A stretch of 63,978 nucleotides of DNA, the filler included, from Bigelowiella natans CCMP2755 (lineage: Eukaryota; Protista; Cercozoa): the NCBI GenBank assembly GCA_000320545.1. It is 8 parts of 8 records of this genome, joined end to end, with 100 filler letters (N's around TTAATTAATTAA, not from the genome) between each part and the next. Parts side by side here need not be neighbours in the genome. Positions count along the whole stretch, not along the records: positions 22,754 to 42,776 come from ADNK01003100.1; positions 42,877 to 45,633 come from ADNK01001505.1; positions 45,734 to 59,660 come from ADNK01000636.1; 5 more parts are not named here. One strand, written 5' to 3'. The notes below the pieces were generated by a model. That model was given only the letters and a program-made list of their open reading frames with translations. It did no database searches and was not told where the DNA came from. This document shows, piece by piece, positions 37,625 through 50,589 of this stretch (its first letter is position 1; each line of letters starts with the position of its first letter). Position numbers and translations under genes: made by a program.

Positions 37625-38902
37625 TTAAATTCCTGATTCTGGAACGATTCCAAGCTCTGCCGCAGAAGATGAAACATTATTAGGATTTACCGCCGTTGCA
37701 GCTGTACCAGCAGTTTTTGCAAGTATTTGTTTTCGTCTGCAGTAGCAAGCGATTGCTCCAATTAGGACGACTGCGCATAATACTCCAATGATTGCTCCAG
37801 CTATTTCTCCCTGATTTGCACCTTCGTCATCGCCGTCATCACCATCTGCGAAATTGTATAAGTATATAATTAAACATTTGCGCATTTGTCGTCTTTAAAC
37901 TTAGCATTAGACATAAATTACCTGGTGCTGGTGTAGGCTGAGAAGGTGTACGAGAATAAGTGCTTATAGGAAAAGATTCCACGTCCACATCTAGATAGTC
38001 TCAGCTGTTAGAAATACGTCTGGAGCAAGAATCCAATTGCTAAGCACAAAGGTGTCATTATCCTGTGAAAGAGCAAATCAAATTATCCAAGAGTGAGGAA
38101 TAAATCCTTGGAGGCGTTACTATATAGTTTTACCGGCCCTGTTGTATCTCGTCTGTAAGCCCATCCGTCCACATAATTCCAGGGGGTGCCAGCTCCATTA
38201 TTAATTGTGATATTACCAAACACATCTACGACTGTTACAAAAAATACATGAGATACAAACCGGGATGTTCAATGTCTGAACGTCTGAACTCGCAATCCTA
38301 ACGTCAATTACTTATAACCTTCGCCTTGTCGGAAAAGCTCGATTGCCTCAGATCCATTGAGAGCTGCCGCAGTTCCGACAAAATCAGGAGTGAAGAAGAA
38401 AAATGAATTGAAACTTGCTGCATCATTTGCAACATATAAGAATTGACGAGCATCTGCAGTTCCCTGCAATATAGTTTCTTGTCCGTCATTCCCAGAACCC
38501 AGAGCATATTCCGATAGATTGGCGATGGGATTAATCGCATATAGTTCTATCGCTTGAGGAATTTCTGTGTCAGACACTACGTACGCAGATTGATTGATAA
38601 TCAATATGACAATAACCATGACACATTTGTAATACTTTATTTAGTTATTTTTTGGATACGTATTAGGTCAGAGCTGATGAATATGTCTGTATTATTTGGC
38701 AAAACGACATGCACTGCAAATTAAGACGGTCAATGTGTCATTCCAAAATCTCTGTATTTATTAATTTCATAATTGCAAGTTCATCATGGACGTAAGAGTA
38801 GGAACCAGGTAGGGGTCCATGTGCAACGCCGGTGATTAAAAGGTCAGTCTGGCCTGCAACTCTAGTAGTAAGGAAGGCCGTGACTAGAGCGAGCAGTAAC
38901 AT
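37625..38902 (-). CDS. Type I membrane protein with bacterial-type lamin-tail (LTD) extracellular domain; apparent 1-nt frameshift near 37995
   Basis: Signal MLLLALVTAFLTTRVAG. Then LLITGVAHGPLPG, PQAIELYAINPIANLSEYALGS, NGSEAIELF, VVDVFG, WNYVDGWAYR, FVLSNW and FPISTY, a Pro/Thr linker and TM IAGAIIGVLCAVVLIGAIACYC. Introns are short and lack microsatellites. Confidence 0.75.
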
Positions 38903-39727
38903 GATGAAGTGTGTTTGGCTTGTGTTACGCAGTGCAGGCAAGTTAGAGGTCCCTGCCAAAATATCTTTCTGAATAACAACGACAGACAATATTTCATGTC
39001 GCACATCGTGAATGCAATAGATCAATGCCATGATTATTTTTTTTAATGAACAAACTGGCAAACAGATACTTTGTGGTGCACGTAGTTGATGATCCTTGCG
39101 GTTTGGGGATGAAATCGGATGGGCAGGCTGTCGCATATGAGAAACACAGCCCATATCCTTTCCGAATCCCGCCCCTTTTTTTTGAGGAACAAACTTGTGA
39201 ATGCCTTTTTTCTCGTCGCACAGAACTCGCTCACCCCTTTTTTGCCACTTGCCGAATGGCCGAAAGAAGCCCTTGCATTTCGCACGTGAGACACAAGAAA
39301 TCCGAAGGGAACCATGCCTATTCGGAAATCCAGACTCTCGGGGGGCAATGATGTCAGGAGGTACTCCATGTTTGCAGAAATTTTCCCAGAAATAGATGAG
39401 AATGAATGATTTCTGGGGATTCAGGGGTGCGTCATGCTTTGTCGCTTGTCGCCCATTTTGACCGCAGGCAGCGGCAGCAAAATGTGTCATCAAAAAGGGG
39501 GTGTCCTCGACACCTTGACGCCCCGAACATTCTAGGATCATCCCCCAGACTCCCTCCGGACTCTTCCTCAGCGAAAAGGACAAGAAAACGAACGTTAATG
39601 CTGGCCGTTATGGGGCTCAACTTGATCATCAACTGGGGATTGTGCGAAAATTGGGCTTTTGCTTCCGAAGAGGATCCAATCCACATAGCAAATCCTAAAA
39701 TCACAACTCAAGTGGATCAACCACATA

Positions 39728-42311
39728 ATGCAACTCCCAGCTATCATCATACTAGCTCTTGCAACAGCCCTCTGCCCACCCGTGTTGGCCTTGTCGAATG
39801 TACCCTATTGTCAGGGAGTCGAGTTTCACAAATCACACAAATTCGGGATCGCATCACCAGTGCATTCAACACCATCTACCATACCCGTTTTCCCTCCCTT
39901 TTGCTTGGTTCCTCTCCAGGAAACAACATGCTCAGGCTTAGGACTATCCTTCGAATGTTTTGAGGCATACAAAAAAGATTCACCCTTTGGCAGCGGCATT
40001 CGTATGGGACACTTCATAGTATTTCTGGCCCTAAACATGATCGGCGTGGCGTTTTTGTGCTCTTACTACAACCGAACTCGTAGGATATGGCAACAGTCCA
40101 TGCTCCTCTTTACAGCATTCTATGCGATTTTTACCTCAAGCTTCGCCCTGTGTCGTGCTGTGTGGATGCTCTCTCGCCCCCTCTTCATAGGGGCGGCACT
40201 GCACAACCTCTTTGAATGGTTCATTCTCATTCAGCTTTTTTCAAATACCGTACAGCGGCAGAAGATGTACGTCGTCAGGGCAGTTACTTTCATCCTGGCA
40301 ATCATAAGTCTCGTCTCTTTGGTTCCAAATTTGAAAGCAGTGACGTTGCTGGAGCAGAGCTGTGGGGTCATGCTGGACTTGGGATTACTGTCATGTTTTC
40401 GCAAAAATGGCTCTTGGAAGGCCGAGACCTTTACAAGTATCCAGCAATAGCTCATGGTATCCACTGGATGTTCACCATCCTCCCCCTCATCTTCGCTAAC
40501 TTTTTCGTGGGAGAAATCTCGTGGATGACTACTTTCGGTCTCGAGTTTCTAGTGTATGTTAGCACTCCTATCACCCATATTCTATATTTGAACTGGAGTG
40601 TTGGGTTTGATGAGGAGAAAAGAGCCATTCAAGACCAAGACATGCGTCGACGACATATCTCAAGAGATGAAGCCAACACATTGGAAAATGGCGATGTCCT
40701 CGAGAGACCAGGAAAAACTTTGGCTGTGTGCTGGATTATCGGATTGTTTTTCTTAGTTGGAATCCCACAATATGTACTTAGTCCTTGCCCACCAAACAAC
40801 TTTTGCACTGCAGATCCAACTTTCTACGGTACCGCTGTCGTGCAAGTATATCCTGGCCTCGAACAAGCTTTCGAGGATCGTCTTGAGAAATATAAGTTGA
40901 TTCAAAAAGGCCAGTCAGCATCTGGAAATATTGAATACCAGTTTACGAGAAGTTTGTCCAATCCTTCTCAATATCGTTTCTTCGAGGTTTGGAGCTCGAT
41001 AAAAGATGTTGAGGCCTGGATCAATAGCGGCATTCCTTCTCAAGTCTTTCGTGAAGATGGTAAGTCACCTTGATTAAGTGGTTCATCAATCAACACCAAA
41101 TATTTCCTGTCTGTGACGCTCTCTCCTATCATATAAAATTTTGTTCACTAAAAGCATGTTGCTCAAACGTATTAGGGCCTATGGCGTTCATCATGAACGG
41201 GACGATAGAGGTTGCTGGATACCAAAAGCCCTATCCAGGCTCATGCAAAGATAAGGCCCAACTTGGATTTCACGTTGAAGTAAAAGCGTCATGTCAGCAG
41301 GTCTGGAACGTTGTGACAAACTTCAAAGATTGCTCATGGATCCAAGGCTGTCGATACGCTTCGATTGATCCGAAGAATCCTGATCTTCGGAATCTCTCGA
41401 TGACAGATGGGAGCTTCGTCATGGAGAAACTCCTCTACGTGACAACCGACAAGTTTGGATATCAACGCCTTCCCGGAGATGCAGTTCTAGGCTATGAGGC
41501 GGTCGTGTCTAAGACTACAAGCACAGTGACAGGGACTGGATGCGGCATTGGTTTTCAGTACCAGTTGCACAAGGGTAACAACTGGCAGGAGCAAGTTGAA
41601 GCAATGTATGAGACCCAACAACGTGATGCGATCCCTTACATTCGACAACTCTTCGCCAATCCTGGCAGGTGGGTGGATCGCCAGTTCAGAGTAGAAATCG
41701 TCAATGGATTCATCCGCTACAAAGCACTCTCTAGCGTGCACTCGAGTTTGGCAAGTGCAGCGAGACTAAACGCGCCAGGAAACGTCAGTAAGGTAGAGAT
41801 AGCTGTGGAAGATCGCCATAGAGCTCTTGCACACCGATGGTTCTACATCGTTGAGAATCCGCAGCGCGATGCGGAGCCTGCCCGTGAAATTCTAGCAAAG
41901 AATTTCTCATTATCATTGAGCGGTATCCGCATCAACACCTTCAAAGCATTTCAAGATTGGCTCAAAGGACCCGCAGACCAGGCCAAGGCTAGTTCACACG
42001 TGATGGAATCTTTCCAAATCCAGGAAACCACTAACACCACCAATGGTGCACATGAACTTAAAATGGTGGTTACCTGGAATGGAATATTGAGATCTAATGA
42101 TGAGCATTGGATTGCTCAAACTGAACACACTTGGGAGACCATAGACCATGCAGATGACAACTTTGCTAGAATAAAAAATCTCAAAGTACGCTTTTTGGTG
42201 CCATTTTCCCCGCTGATAAACGAGGCAAGAAGTGGTGATCAAGAGACATCTTGCATTTTTCACCCAATTCATGCAAAGGAAAATACGACAACACTGGTGG
42301 CACACAACTAG
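39728..42311 (+). CDS. Multidomain protein: signal peptide + multi-TM region + ABM-like + SRPBCC/polyketide-cyclase-like + SnoaL/NTF2-like; apparent frameshift near 40380
   Basis: ORFs 39728-40450 and 40216-41073 overlap out of frame; adding one base at GACTT(T)GGG fuses them. A GTAAGT..TAG intron at 41060-41175 joins in phase to the ORF ending at 42311. Motifs: GNIEYQFTRSLSNPSQYRFFEVWSS (ABM-like), ASCQQVWNVVTNFKDCSWI (SRPBCC-like), AHRWFYIVENP...FQDWLKGP...SSH...HTW...FARIK (SnoaL-like). Confidence 0.7.
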
Positions 42312-42962
42312 CTAGCTGGAGATGCGATCTAGCGATGCAATGCGAGCATGTATTTCGATACTCACGTTACAATGATTAAGCTTGTTCTAGTTGAAGCACA
42401 GTACGCTGCATACATGGCTTTGTTGCATGTAAGATCCTGATGAAAAATTGATGGGCACATCAGCACACTTTCTAGCATTGCTAGTTAGGCACTCGCACAA
42501 AGCTCAACCATGCTATTTAGCTGACGATCTGGTGATGTGTACCTGCAGGCTAGCAGGCTAGCAGGGCTGCCTAGCTGCTCGCTGTCAAGTTAACAAGCAG
42601 TAGCTGATGTTGCGCGTAAGGTGTTCACAGGCCGAGGCGCTACGTGCACAAGTAGGCAGGGGGGGGGAAAGGCACGTTTGCTTCCTTTTGAAGAGTTGTG
42701 TTTATTTTTATTAAAGATTATATTTTTATTAAATCGTGCAGTGCGTAATCATTCGCGAAGCTTTCGCGAATGCCGCNNNNNNNNNNNNNNNNNNNNNNNN
42801 NNNNNNNNNNNNNNNNNNNNTTAATTAATTAANNNNNNNNNNNNNNNNNNNNNNNNNNNNNNNNNNNNNNNNNNNNTGAATTGAGACAGCAAATGCTCTC
42901 TGTCTCTTCCGATATTGTCTGTCTCCCTCTACCACACACACACACACACACATGTATATGTG

Positions 42963-43001
<39 letters not shown>

Positions 43002-43025
43002 CACATGATGTCTACCAAATCTATT

Positions 43026-43379
43026 ACCTCTGCTATCAACAGCGATTCCATGAGGGGAACCGAACCTACCAACACGACGCTCAGAGATCTTAAACCGCAC
43101 GTCGATTTACTTCGCTGCGAGATGTCGCTACTGCCAACAACAACGAAGGCAGCTCAAACCCTGCCCGCCCTCCCCCCTCATTTCAGTACACTTAGTGATG
43201 AAAATGGCCTCCATTTCTCTCTGGAGACGTGCCCGTTCACCGTGTCGTTGATCGAATTCAAACAATTTCAGTACGATTAATGTATTCGAGTCAGGTTTGG
43301 CGATTTCTCATCATCAATAACCTTGCCTCTGAAGCTGGCCCGTCCTGATAGCTATCACATACGCATGACACACACACAA

Positions 43380-43410
<31 letters not shown>

Positions 43411-43457
43411 TTATATATCTCATTTATAATATGCCTCTGTCAATGTGTTTGATTTAC

Positions 43458-43496
<39 letters not shown>

Positions 43497-43643
43497 GGGC
43501 GTGTGTATGTGCACGCGTGCGTGCGTGTGTGATAAATATGAATGTAAAGGTTATTATTCACTCTCCGAACCCATGTCCAGCTTGCCCAGCGATTGTATTG
43601 ACATGGCCATCTGCATCGAGCTCTCTTATTCGGACCCTGAGGG

Positions 43644-43707
<64 letters not shown>

Positions 43708-43713
43708 AATTGC

Positions 43714-43749
<36 letters not shown>

Positions 43750-43936
43750 GATGTATATGGAAGATGTGAAAGTTCCCGTAGCACGTACGTTCTTATCGTA
43801 CGTTCTGCAAGCACCACGTGTACGCTAATCATAGCGTTGCAGTTGTTTCCAGAGGCGCACTTTAACAGCAGCAGCGCACATAGCAAATAGACGATAGCTT
43901 CTCGACGACGATGATTTCAGTAGGTAACATGCGTGA

Positions 43937-43982
<46 letters not shown>

Positions 43983-44449
43983 GTAGTATATATTATGAGC
44001 ATGAATACCATGCCTCGTCCGAGTAATCAGTAAACAGCAGTCTCCTGCAATACAAAACATTCATATTCTGAGCTGTGCATTCCCCTTAGATCAGCGGACA
44101 ATCAGTGTGGCAACAGAGCTATGCATTAGGGTTATGAGCTTTCCGTTGGAAAGAAAATCTACGATGTTTTCCCTTATCTCTGCATTGGGCCATGGAAAAC
44201 ATCATCGTTGATTTTTGCCCGATGGAAAAGCAGCCCTATCTCAATTCGAGGCGTCATTTCATCCTCCCCCCCCCCCACCCCCCCCCTCCCCTGTTATATC
44301 TGAGAAGGTTCTTACCCTTTTATATGATCGAGGGCCAATCCCCTTGGGTTTCCCAACTGCAAAACAAAAAACATGGCACAACTAACAACATCAACAAAAA
44401 CTTGACGATATTCATTACGGCTATTCGGTACAGCATTTGCCTGCTGTGA

Positions 44450-44503
<54 letters not shown>

Positions 44504-45150
44504 GTCGCTTCTCTCTTTTCCTGTCTTTGTCCCCTCGTACACACACACATACACACATACACACTCATATCAGGCGGTTCTCTTCCCTAGGTCTATTTCA
44601 GGCGTTAAAAAGGCATTGCCACAGCGCACCTTTGCCGAAGTCATCGGCCCATCCACAGGGTCACTATCACAACGAAAGGAAGGAGGGAGACGAAGAAACA
44701 CAGCATCGATAATAGAATAAGAATACGGATGCGGTTACGAATAAACTCATTTTCCGGAGGAAATCTCTCACTCATGAGGTGTTTGGAAGGACATCGTCAA
44801 AATGCACTAGTATAGTACCCAAATCCATCCCCAACGAGAGTAGAGACCTTATTATTCACGAGAAGTAAGCATTGTGGACAAGTATATGAGCGTGCTAGGC
44901 TATGGCTGCGCGTGTGCGTGTGTGTGTGTGTTATGTATGCTTCTGCAATTATGATTATGTATAAGTTCCGACGATACATGTACGCATATTTGCAGGAGTG
45001 GCGCGTGAGTATCTAATAGATACAGAAATATAAATATATATATATATATATATATATTTATATGCATATAGATGCAGTGTACCTTGCCCGTTGTAGCGTC
45101 TATTTTTCGGATCATTCCGTGCGAAGTGTCAGCAATGTACAGGTTCAAGC
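43026..45150 (-). CDS. NHL-repeat beta-propeller protein (internal fragment)
   Basis: Exons give NLYIADTSHGMIRKIDATTGK, DGPMTSAK, LGNPRGLALDH, VRIRELDADGHVNTIAGQAG and FGSPHGIAVDSRG. Confidence 0.8.
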
Positions 45151-45827
45151 CTAGTGGTGGTGGTGTATGGCAGTTGAGGTGATGCTTTTGGAATGACTGC
45201 AGGAGGGAAAGGGGGTTGGAGAAGGGAGGGAAGATATCATGCTAGATGTGTTATAATGAGATGCAGAGCCTGTGCATGATAGTGCTGCTGACGACGAAGT
45301 CTATGCATGATAGTTTTCTCTCTCTCTCTCTCTCTCTCTCCCCCCCCCCCCCCCCTTCTTCTTCTTTTGTTTTTTGGGGTTTTTTTTTTGAGGCAAACTT
45401 GGCGGTTCCAAAACCGCTTGATTTCTATTTCCCGGGGGAAAGCTTTTAAGGGCCCAAAAAAACCAAGCTGATAACAGCGTTGGGGAGGGGTTTAGGGAAA
45501 ATGGGAACCTGTTGTTGAGCCCGCCCTAAAGACCGATACCACCTATAAAGCAGGAGAACACATTTTTTCTCCCTTGGGAAAATAGAAAAAGGAATCAGCA
45601 AACCGACCTCCCGGCTGTCTCAAAAATTTTAACNNNNNNNNNNNNNNNNNNNNNNNNNNNNNNNNNNNNNNNNNNNNTTAATTAATTAANNNNNNNNNNN
45701 NNNNNNNNNNNNNNNNNNNNNNNNNNNNNNNNNAAATGGTGCAGCTGCCGGTAGCGCTTCTGCTCGGACAGCGAAATGAACATAAATCGTTATTTAGGTA
45801 CATTTGTGTGCGTATGTGCGTATGTGC

Positions 45828-45865
<38 letters not shown>

Positions 45866-45995
45866 TGCTCACTGAATGATTTGTTTGCGAGAAGGGAACG
45901 TGTGCATAGCCAATTAAGATATCCACCCCCCCCTATTTATCTTCTTTTTTGTTTAAATTCATCATCACCATCATTGCGTTGGACATATACTAGTA

Positions 45996-46125
45996 CCTTG
46001 CAGATGTAGCAGGATCTTGGTCGATTCAACATCGGAGGCGGAGAAGAAGATAATGGAGGGGTTGTCGATGATGATGATGATGATGACGTCGTTAATTGCG
46101 ACGATGAAGATGCTGAAACCTGCTT

Positions 46126-46157
<32 letters not shown>

Positions 46158-46454
46158 TCTCTTTCCTCCTCGCAGATTCGCCATTCGTATCTTTCATATT
46201 CACAACTTGCGAGCTGCCGTCATCTTGACCTCCCATCTCTATCTCCCCTTCTTTTCCGTGATACGGTTCTGCTGATTTAGCTTCTTCTGCTTCTCCTACC
46301 AGCAAGGACGTCGAGCCCCCCTGCCCGTCTCTCTTCTCCTTAGTATCTCCTCTCCCTCCACTTTGAAGAAGACGCTGTCCTCTCTCTCTCGGAACCGCGC
46401 TCTCAGCTGCTCCATCCGCAATGAGAGGGAAGGCCTTCGGATACAAATTATAAG

Positions 46455-46496
<42 letters not shown>

Positions 46497-47370
46497 CGCT
46501 GCGTGTATGGGGGAAGGGTAGGAAGGGAGACATGACCATCATCACCATCATCATCATCATCACCATCACACCTCTCTGCCAGGCTGCTCCTCGAGCAGCT
46601 TCTTCAAGGCGTCCACTCTCTTCTTTCGCAAGGTCACAGCGTTGATGTACCTTGACGGAAAAATAAGAACGAAGGGGGAGGGGATGGAAAAGAGAAAAAA
46701 ACTGTTAAAATTGCCAACTAGGAGAGAGAGAAGGAGGAGAGGGAAGGAAGGGGGGGGGGGGGTGCGAACGAAAGGAGTAGTTTTGAACAAGCAATTACTC
46801 TTCATCCAGGCGTCTCATTTGATGCTTCAGTGACGTCTTTTGCTTGTCTGCGGCGATCTTCCTGTCGTAATCCTTCCAGGACAACATGTGGATCATCATT
46901 ATCATCATCATCATCATAATCATCATCATCATCATCATCACTACTCCTCAGAAGCATAGACACGGACAATAATCTCAGGGGTTTCCTGGGGGGGATCATG
47001 CATCCTATCGCCCTCGGCTGGTCTACGTGCTTTCCTCTGTCTATTGACATCTTCAAAATCGTGAACGGGCCACGATTCCCACGTTTGGGATTGGCGGTTC
47101 CCTTGTTATACGTACCCTCCTTGGAGCCGCCGTGATACATTCTTCCCGACAATTCTTTTACCCACGGATGCAAGGCTGGTGGACGGAGGGGGGGATTTGG
47201 AGGGGGGAGAGAATAGGTAGCTGTTACAAAGAGAATCGATAATGATATTGCAGATGTTGCATGTGGTTTGTTTAGTATGCTCTACTGCGTACCTTGCCGC
47301 AGCTTCCGGCACGATTTCGAAGATATGTGTCCTTTCAACCGCTCCAAGACCATGCACGCGGTGTCGATCT
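45996..47370 (-). CDS. N-terminal part of an extended short-chain dehydrogenase/reductase (PRSCYxCK type); truncated by gap
   Basis: Exons give IDTACMVLERL..KSCRKLRQ/ALHPWV, YINAVTLRKKRVDALKKLLE and LNRPRSCYICK. This recalls the N-terminal extension of an SDR subfamily (from memory of the family). The Rossmann domain is not in the contig. Confidence 0.5.
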
Positions 47371-48101
47371 AGTTACAACACGGCGAGCGGAATACAGCAA
47401 TTTTCAACACGTTATGGTGCAATTAGGGGAAGAATGAAAGACAGACCTGCTCTTGTGAAATACCCTGAGGGATATCATCGTTCGCTAGCTTATCCTCCTC
47501 TTTATTTTTATTTAAAAATCCAAAAATAATTCCACTCACCCAGTGAATAGCGACGTTGCAAAACTATCTACTACCGCTAGATTGCTCCTCGCAATCGAAG
47601 GAGAGATCATCATCGCTATCGCTGTCCTGCATAACACAACGTCAACACCCCGTGGCTGTGGTGAATCGCTTTGCAGCTGTGAAGCAGTCTCCGCCCCTGC
47701 CCGCCGAAGACTGTCGCCAGCTTCCGATCGTCGAAAATAACCCCGAAATAGCAAACGCTTGACGTCTTTTCCTAAAATATTAATTTTACCCTGTCGTACT
47801 ATGCGAAACCATGTCATTATTGCGAACTGGCTACTCCCGTCGAATCGCAATCATTTTCAACTCTCCGTCTTCTTTTTTCTTCAGTCTCTCAATGTAAATG
47901 CATGCCATTTTTCTAAATTCGCTCCTTTCGTGAGTTCCAGCTCACCCCCCTGGATCGGCTCGCAGAAAAGACATGTTGCTCCTGCTCGGGTCCCCCCATC
48001 CTTCCTTCCTTTCGCCCAGTCTCTCGCTTATTTCATAATTAAGTCAGGCATTCACGTTAGGTTATTTTACGGAGTGCTCTCTGCCAAAACGAGCTTCCAG
48101 C

Positions 48102-49974
48102 ATGCGAGGGGACGTGCCACCTGTTCCCATCGACGTGGGGGGGTACAAGGTCTCGGATGTCCTGGGAGCAGCCTCAGAAGATACCAGACAAGAAGCAATC
48201 CAGCCCTATTTTCTCGGTACGTTAGAATCTAGCGAGTTGTGTCAAGTGTGATGCAAATTACTCTTCAAACCTTCCTCCAAAGATAGGGGGGGTATGCTTT
48301 CTCTGCAAACACATCGAACACTCTTATATCTGACCGCCTATCATTCTTTTTATCAAGGCCTGAAAGCATATATAGAGTGACATCATCTCGATTAATGCGA
48401 GGGAAAACGCTAAGAGTTTCCTCGAGGAGAGGGGCGCTGGGAGGCCTCGACGATGAAGATTGGGCTGACGATTATCATAATGAAGCTTTAAGAGACGATT
48501 TTGAGGTGCCTACGAACAGCACTCGTATTTCATTAATTGACAAATGGCTCTTGATTTAATTCACTCTCTGGTGCACTAGGATGATTTCGATTTCGAAGGT
48601 ACAAAGGAGGGAGAAGCTCCACAAACAGCCTCTACTAGCGAGTTGGACCCGTCCTCGCCACCCGAAGCTATCCCCCCCCACCTTGCGCAGTTGCTTCAAG
48701 TTCCTGATTCAGCAATTCCTATTGAGAATGCTGCGTCGGTTAAATTTGGCAAAGATATTCCACCACCTGGTAAAGATTATTGCCTTATTCTTTCTGAGTA
48801 TCAATCCACGTGTTGATAATAATGTGGAAAAGTCTTTCGATCTTCCGACTTAGATATATCAGATCTGCTCGTGATAGCCTGTAGGCCCATCCATGTTTTT
48901 CTTATCATTTGATCTGAGTCTCCTCCTCCTCCTCCTCCTCCTCCTCCTCCTCCTCCTCCTCCTCTCATTCTGCTCCTTTCCCGTGCAGAGATGCAGGGAC
49001 GGGATCCGAAAAGCATGTACAACGCTGCAACGCTAGCATATCTGGGCGATGCGGTTATATTTAGTTTGTGTTCTCACTCGCAAGCTTATCATCCTTCCAG
49101 TGGTCACACCCGCTGTTGTGTTTGTACATTCTGGTCATTGTCATCTTTATCGTTGTCATCATATCATCATCAGCGTCACATTACCATCGTCTACTTAATC
49201 GCCATCATCTTGTCTTCATCAATTCCAACTTCCTTCTCTTCCTCCCTCCCTCCCTCCCTCCCTCCCTCCCTCCTACTCAATAAGTTGCACCATAAATAAT
49301 CTCTAGGTATGGGAACTGTTTCTGCGACGAAGCCACGTCGGTCAGCCTCTCAATCTCGCAAATTACAGAATGAAGGTGTGTTCTCTTGCTTGAACCTTCT
49401 CTTACGCTCGCATCGCCATCGTTGTTATCATCACCACCACTACCACCATCACCATCAGTATTCTTCTTGCATAGGTGTATGCAGGTATAGGATATAATGT
49501 ACGTGTGTGTATGTGTGTGTGGCTAATATGTAAATACTTGTGATTGTTAAATTTCAAACACCATATCAATTGCCTCTACTACCAGGTCCAGCGACAAGCA
49601 TGCGCGGAGGCACAGGCCAAATTCGCTAAGAACCTTCTCAAGGGAAAGCGCCTGAACAAGATCGAGTTAGTATTGCACATAGGAGAAAGAAGAAAAGGAT
49701 ATCTCAAATATTAACACCGCACCGACATTGACAGATTGCTGCAGATGCTATATGCGCGTCTGCCTTACGAGAAATCACGAGAAAATGAGTTAAAATTAAG
49801 CGCCATTATCCACCTCCCCCCCCCCCCCCCTGCAACTTTTCCTTTTTATGAGTAAGCATGTATGTGTGCGTGCCTTTGTTTGCAGGGAGAGCATCTTTAA
49901 ATGGGGGAAAAACTCTCGGATTACAATTCCAACCAAATACAACAACGTCGTAGCAAAATGAGAGTATAGGATAT

Positions 49975-50009
<35 letters not shown>

Positions 50010-50492
50010 AGGTGGTGATGATAGGTGGTGATGATGACGATGGTGACGATGACGGATTGCGTAGCTTCAGATCAAAACGAGATGCGAACATGGTGCTTGA
50101 TGCATACCTGCATGCATCGGCCTTGAACGCTTTTCCTCTCCAACCTACAAGTGACAATAGATCCTGAATTTACCACTATCTTTTTCTTTTTCCTCCTCCT
50201 CCTCCCCCTCAAGTCACGTGGAAGGTTAATCTACACGGAGGCCACAGCTCTGGAAGCCCTCATTGGCTACTTGTGAGTCTCTCCTGCTATTTCTATGCAT
50301 AGGATGATGATGATGAGGAGGAGGAGGAGGAGGAGGAGGGGGAGGAGGACCACGATTATGATGATAGATCTCCAACAACCGTCTCTGTTTTCTATCATTA
50401 CGTGACTTCCATTTACCCTGAAAAGGTATCTGACTGACCCTACACGACTATTGAGTATCATGTCTTCCCTTGGCGCAATGGAAACGGATTGA
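48102..50492 (+). CDS. Mini-ribonuclease III (MrnC/RNC3-4-like), probably organelle-targeted; 5' end uncertain
   Basis: Exons give YNAATLAYLGDA/VWELFLR, VQRQACAEAQA, IFKWGKNS and YTEATALEALIGY/LYLTDPTRL, ending at TGA 50490-50492. There is a long acidic N-terminal extension. Confidence 0.88.
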
Positions 50493-50553
50493 GCGCGTGC
50501 AAACGATGGCTTTGGACTACATCCACCAATCACAGATGATGCCGATTTTTAAT

Positions 50554-50589
<36 letters not shown>

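Noticed and set aside
38738-39583. 281-aa minus-strand ORF as a gene
   Set aside because: Only the part from ATG 38902 (signal peptide and LTD start) looks coding. The upstream part is intergenic-like.
42750-42772. Hairpin CATTCGCGAA-GCT-TTCGCGAATG near a contig end
   Set aside because: Isolated and cut off by the gap; no supporting element terminus is visible.
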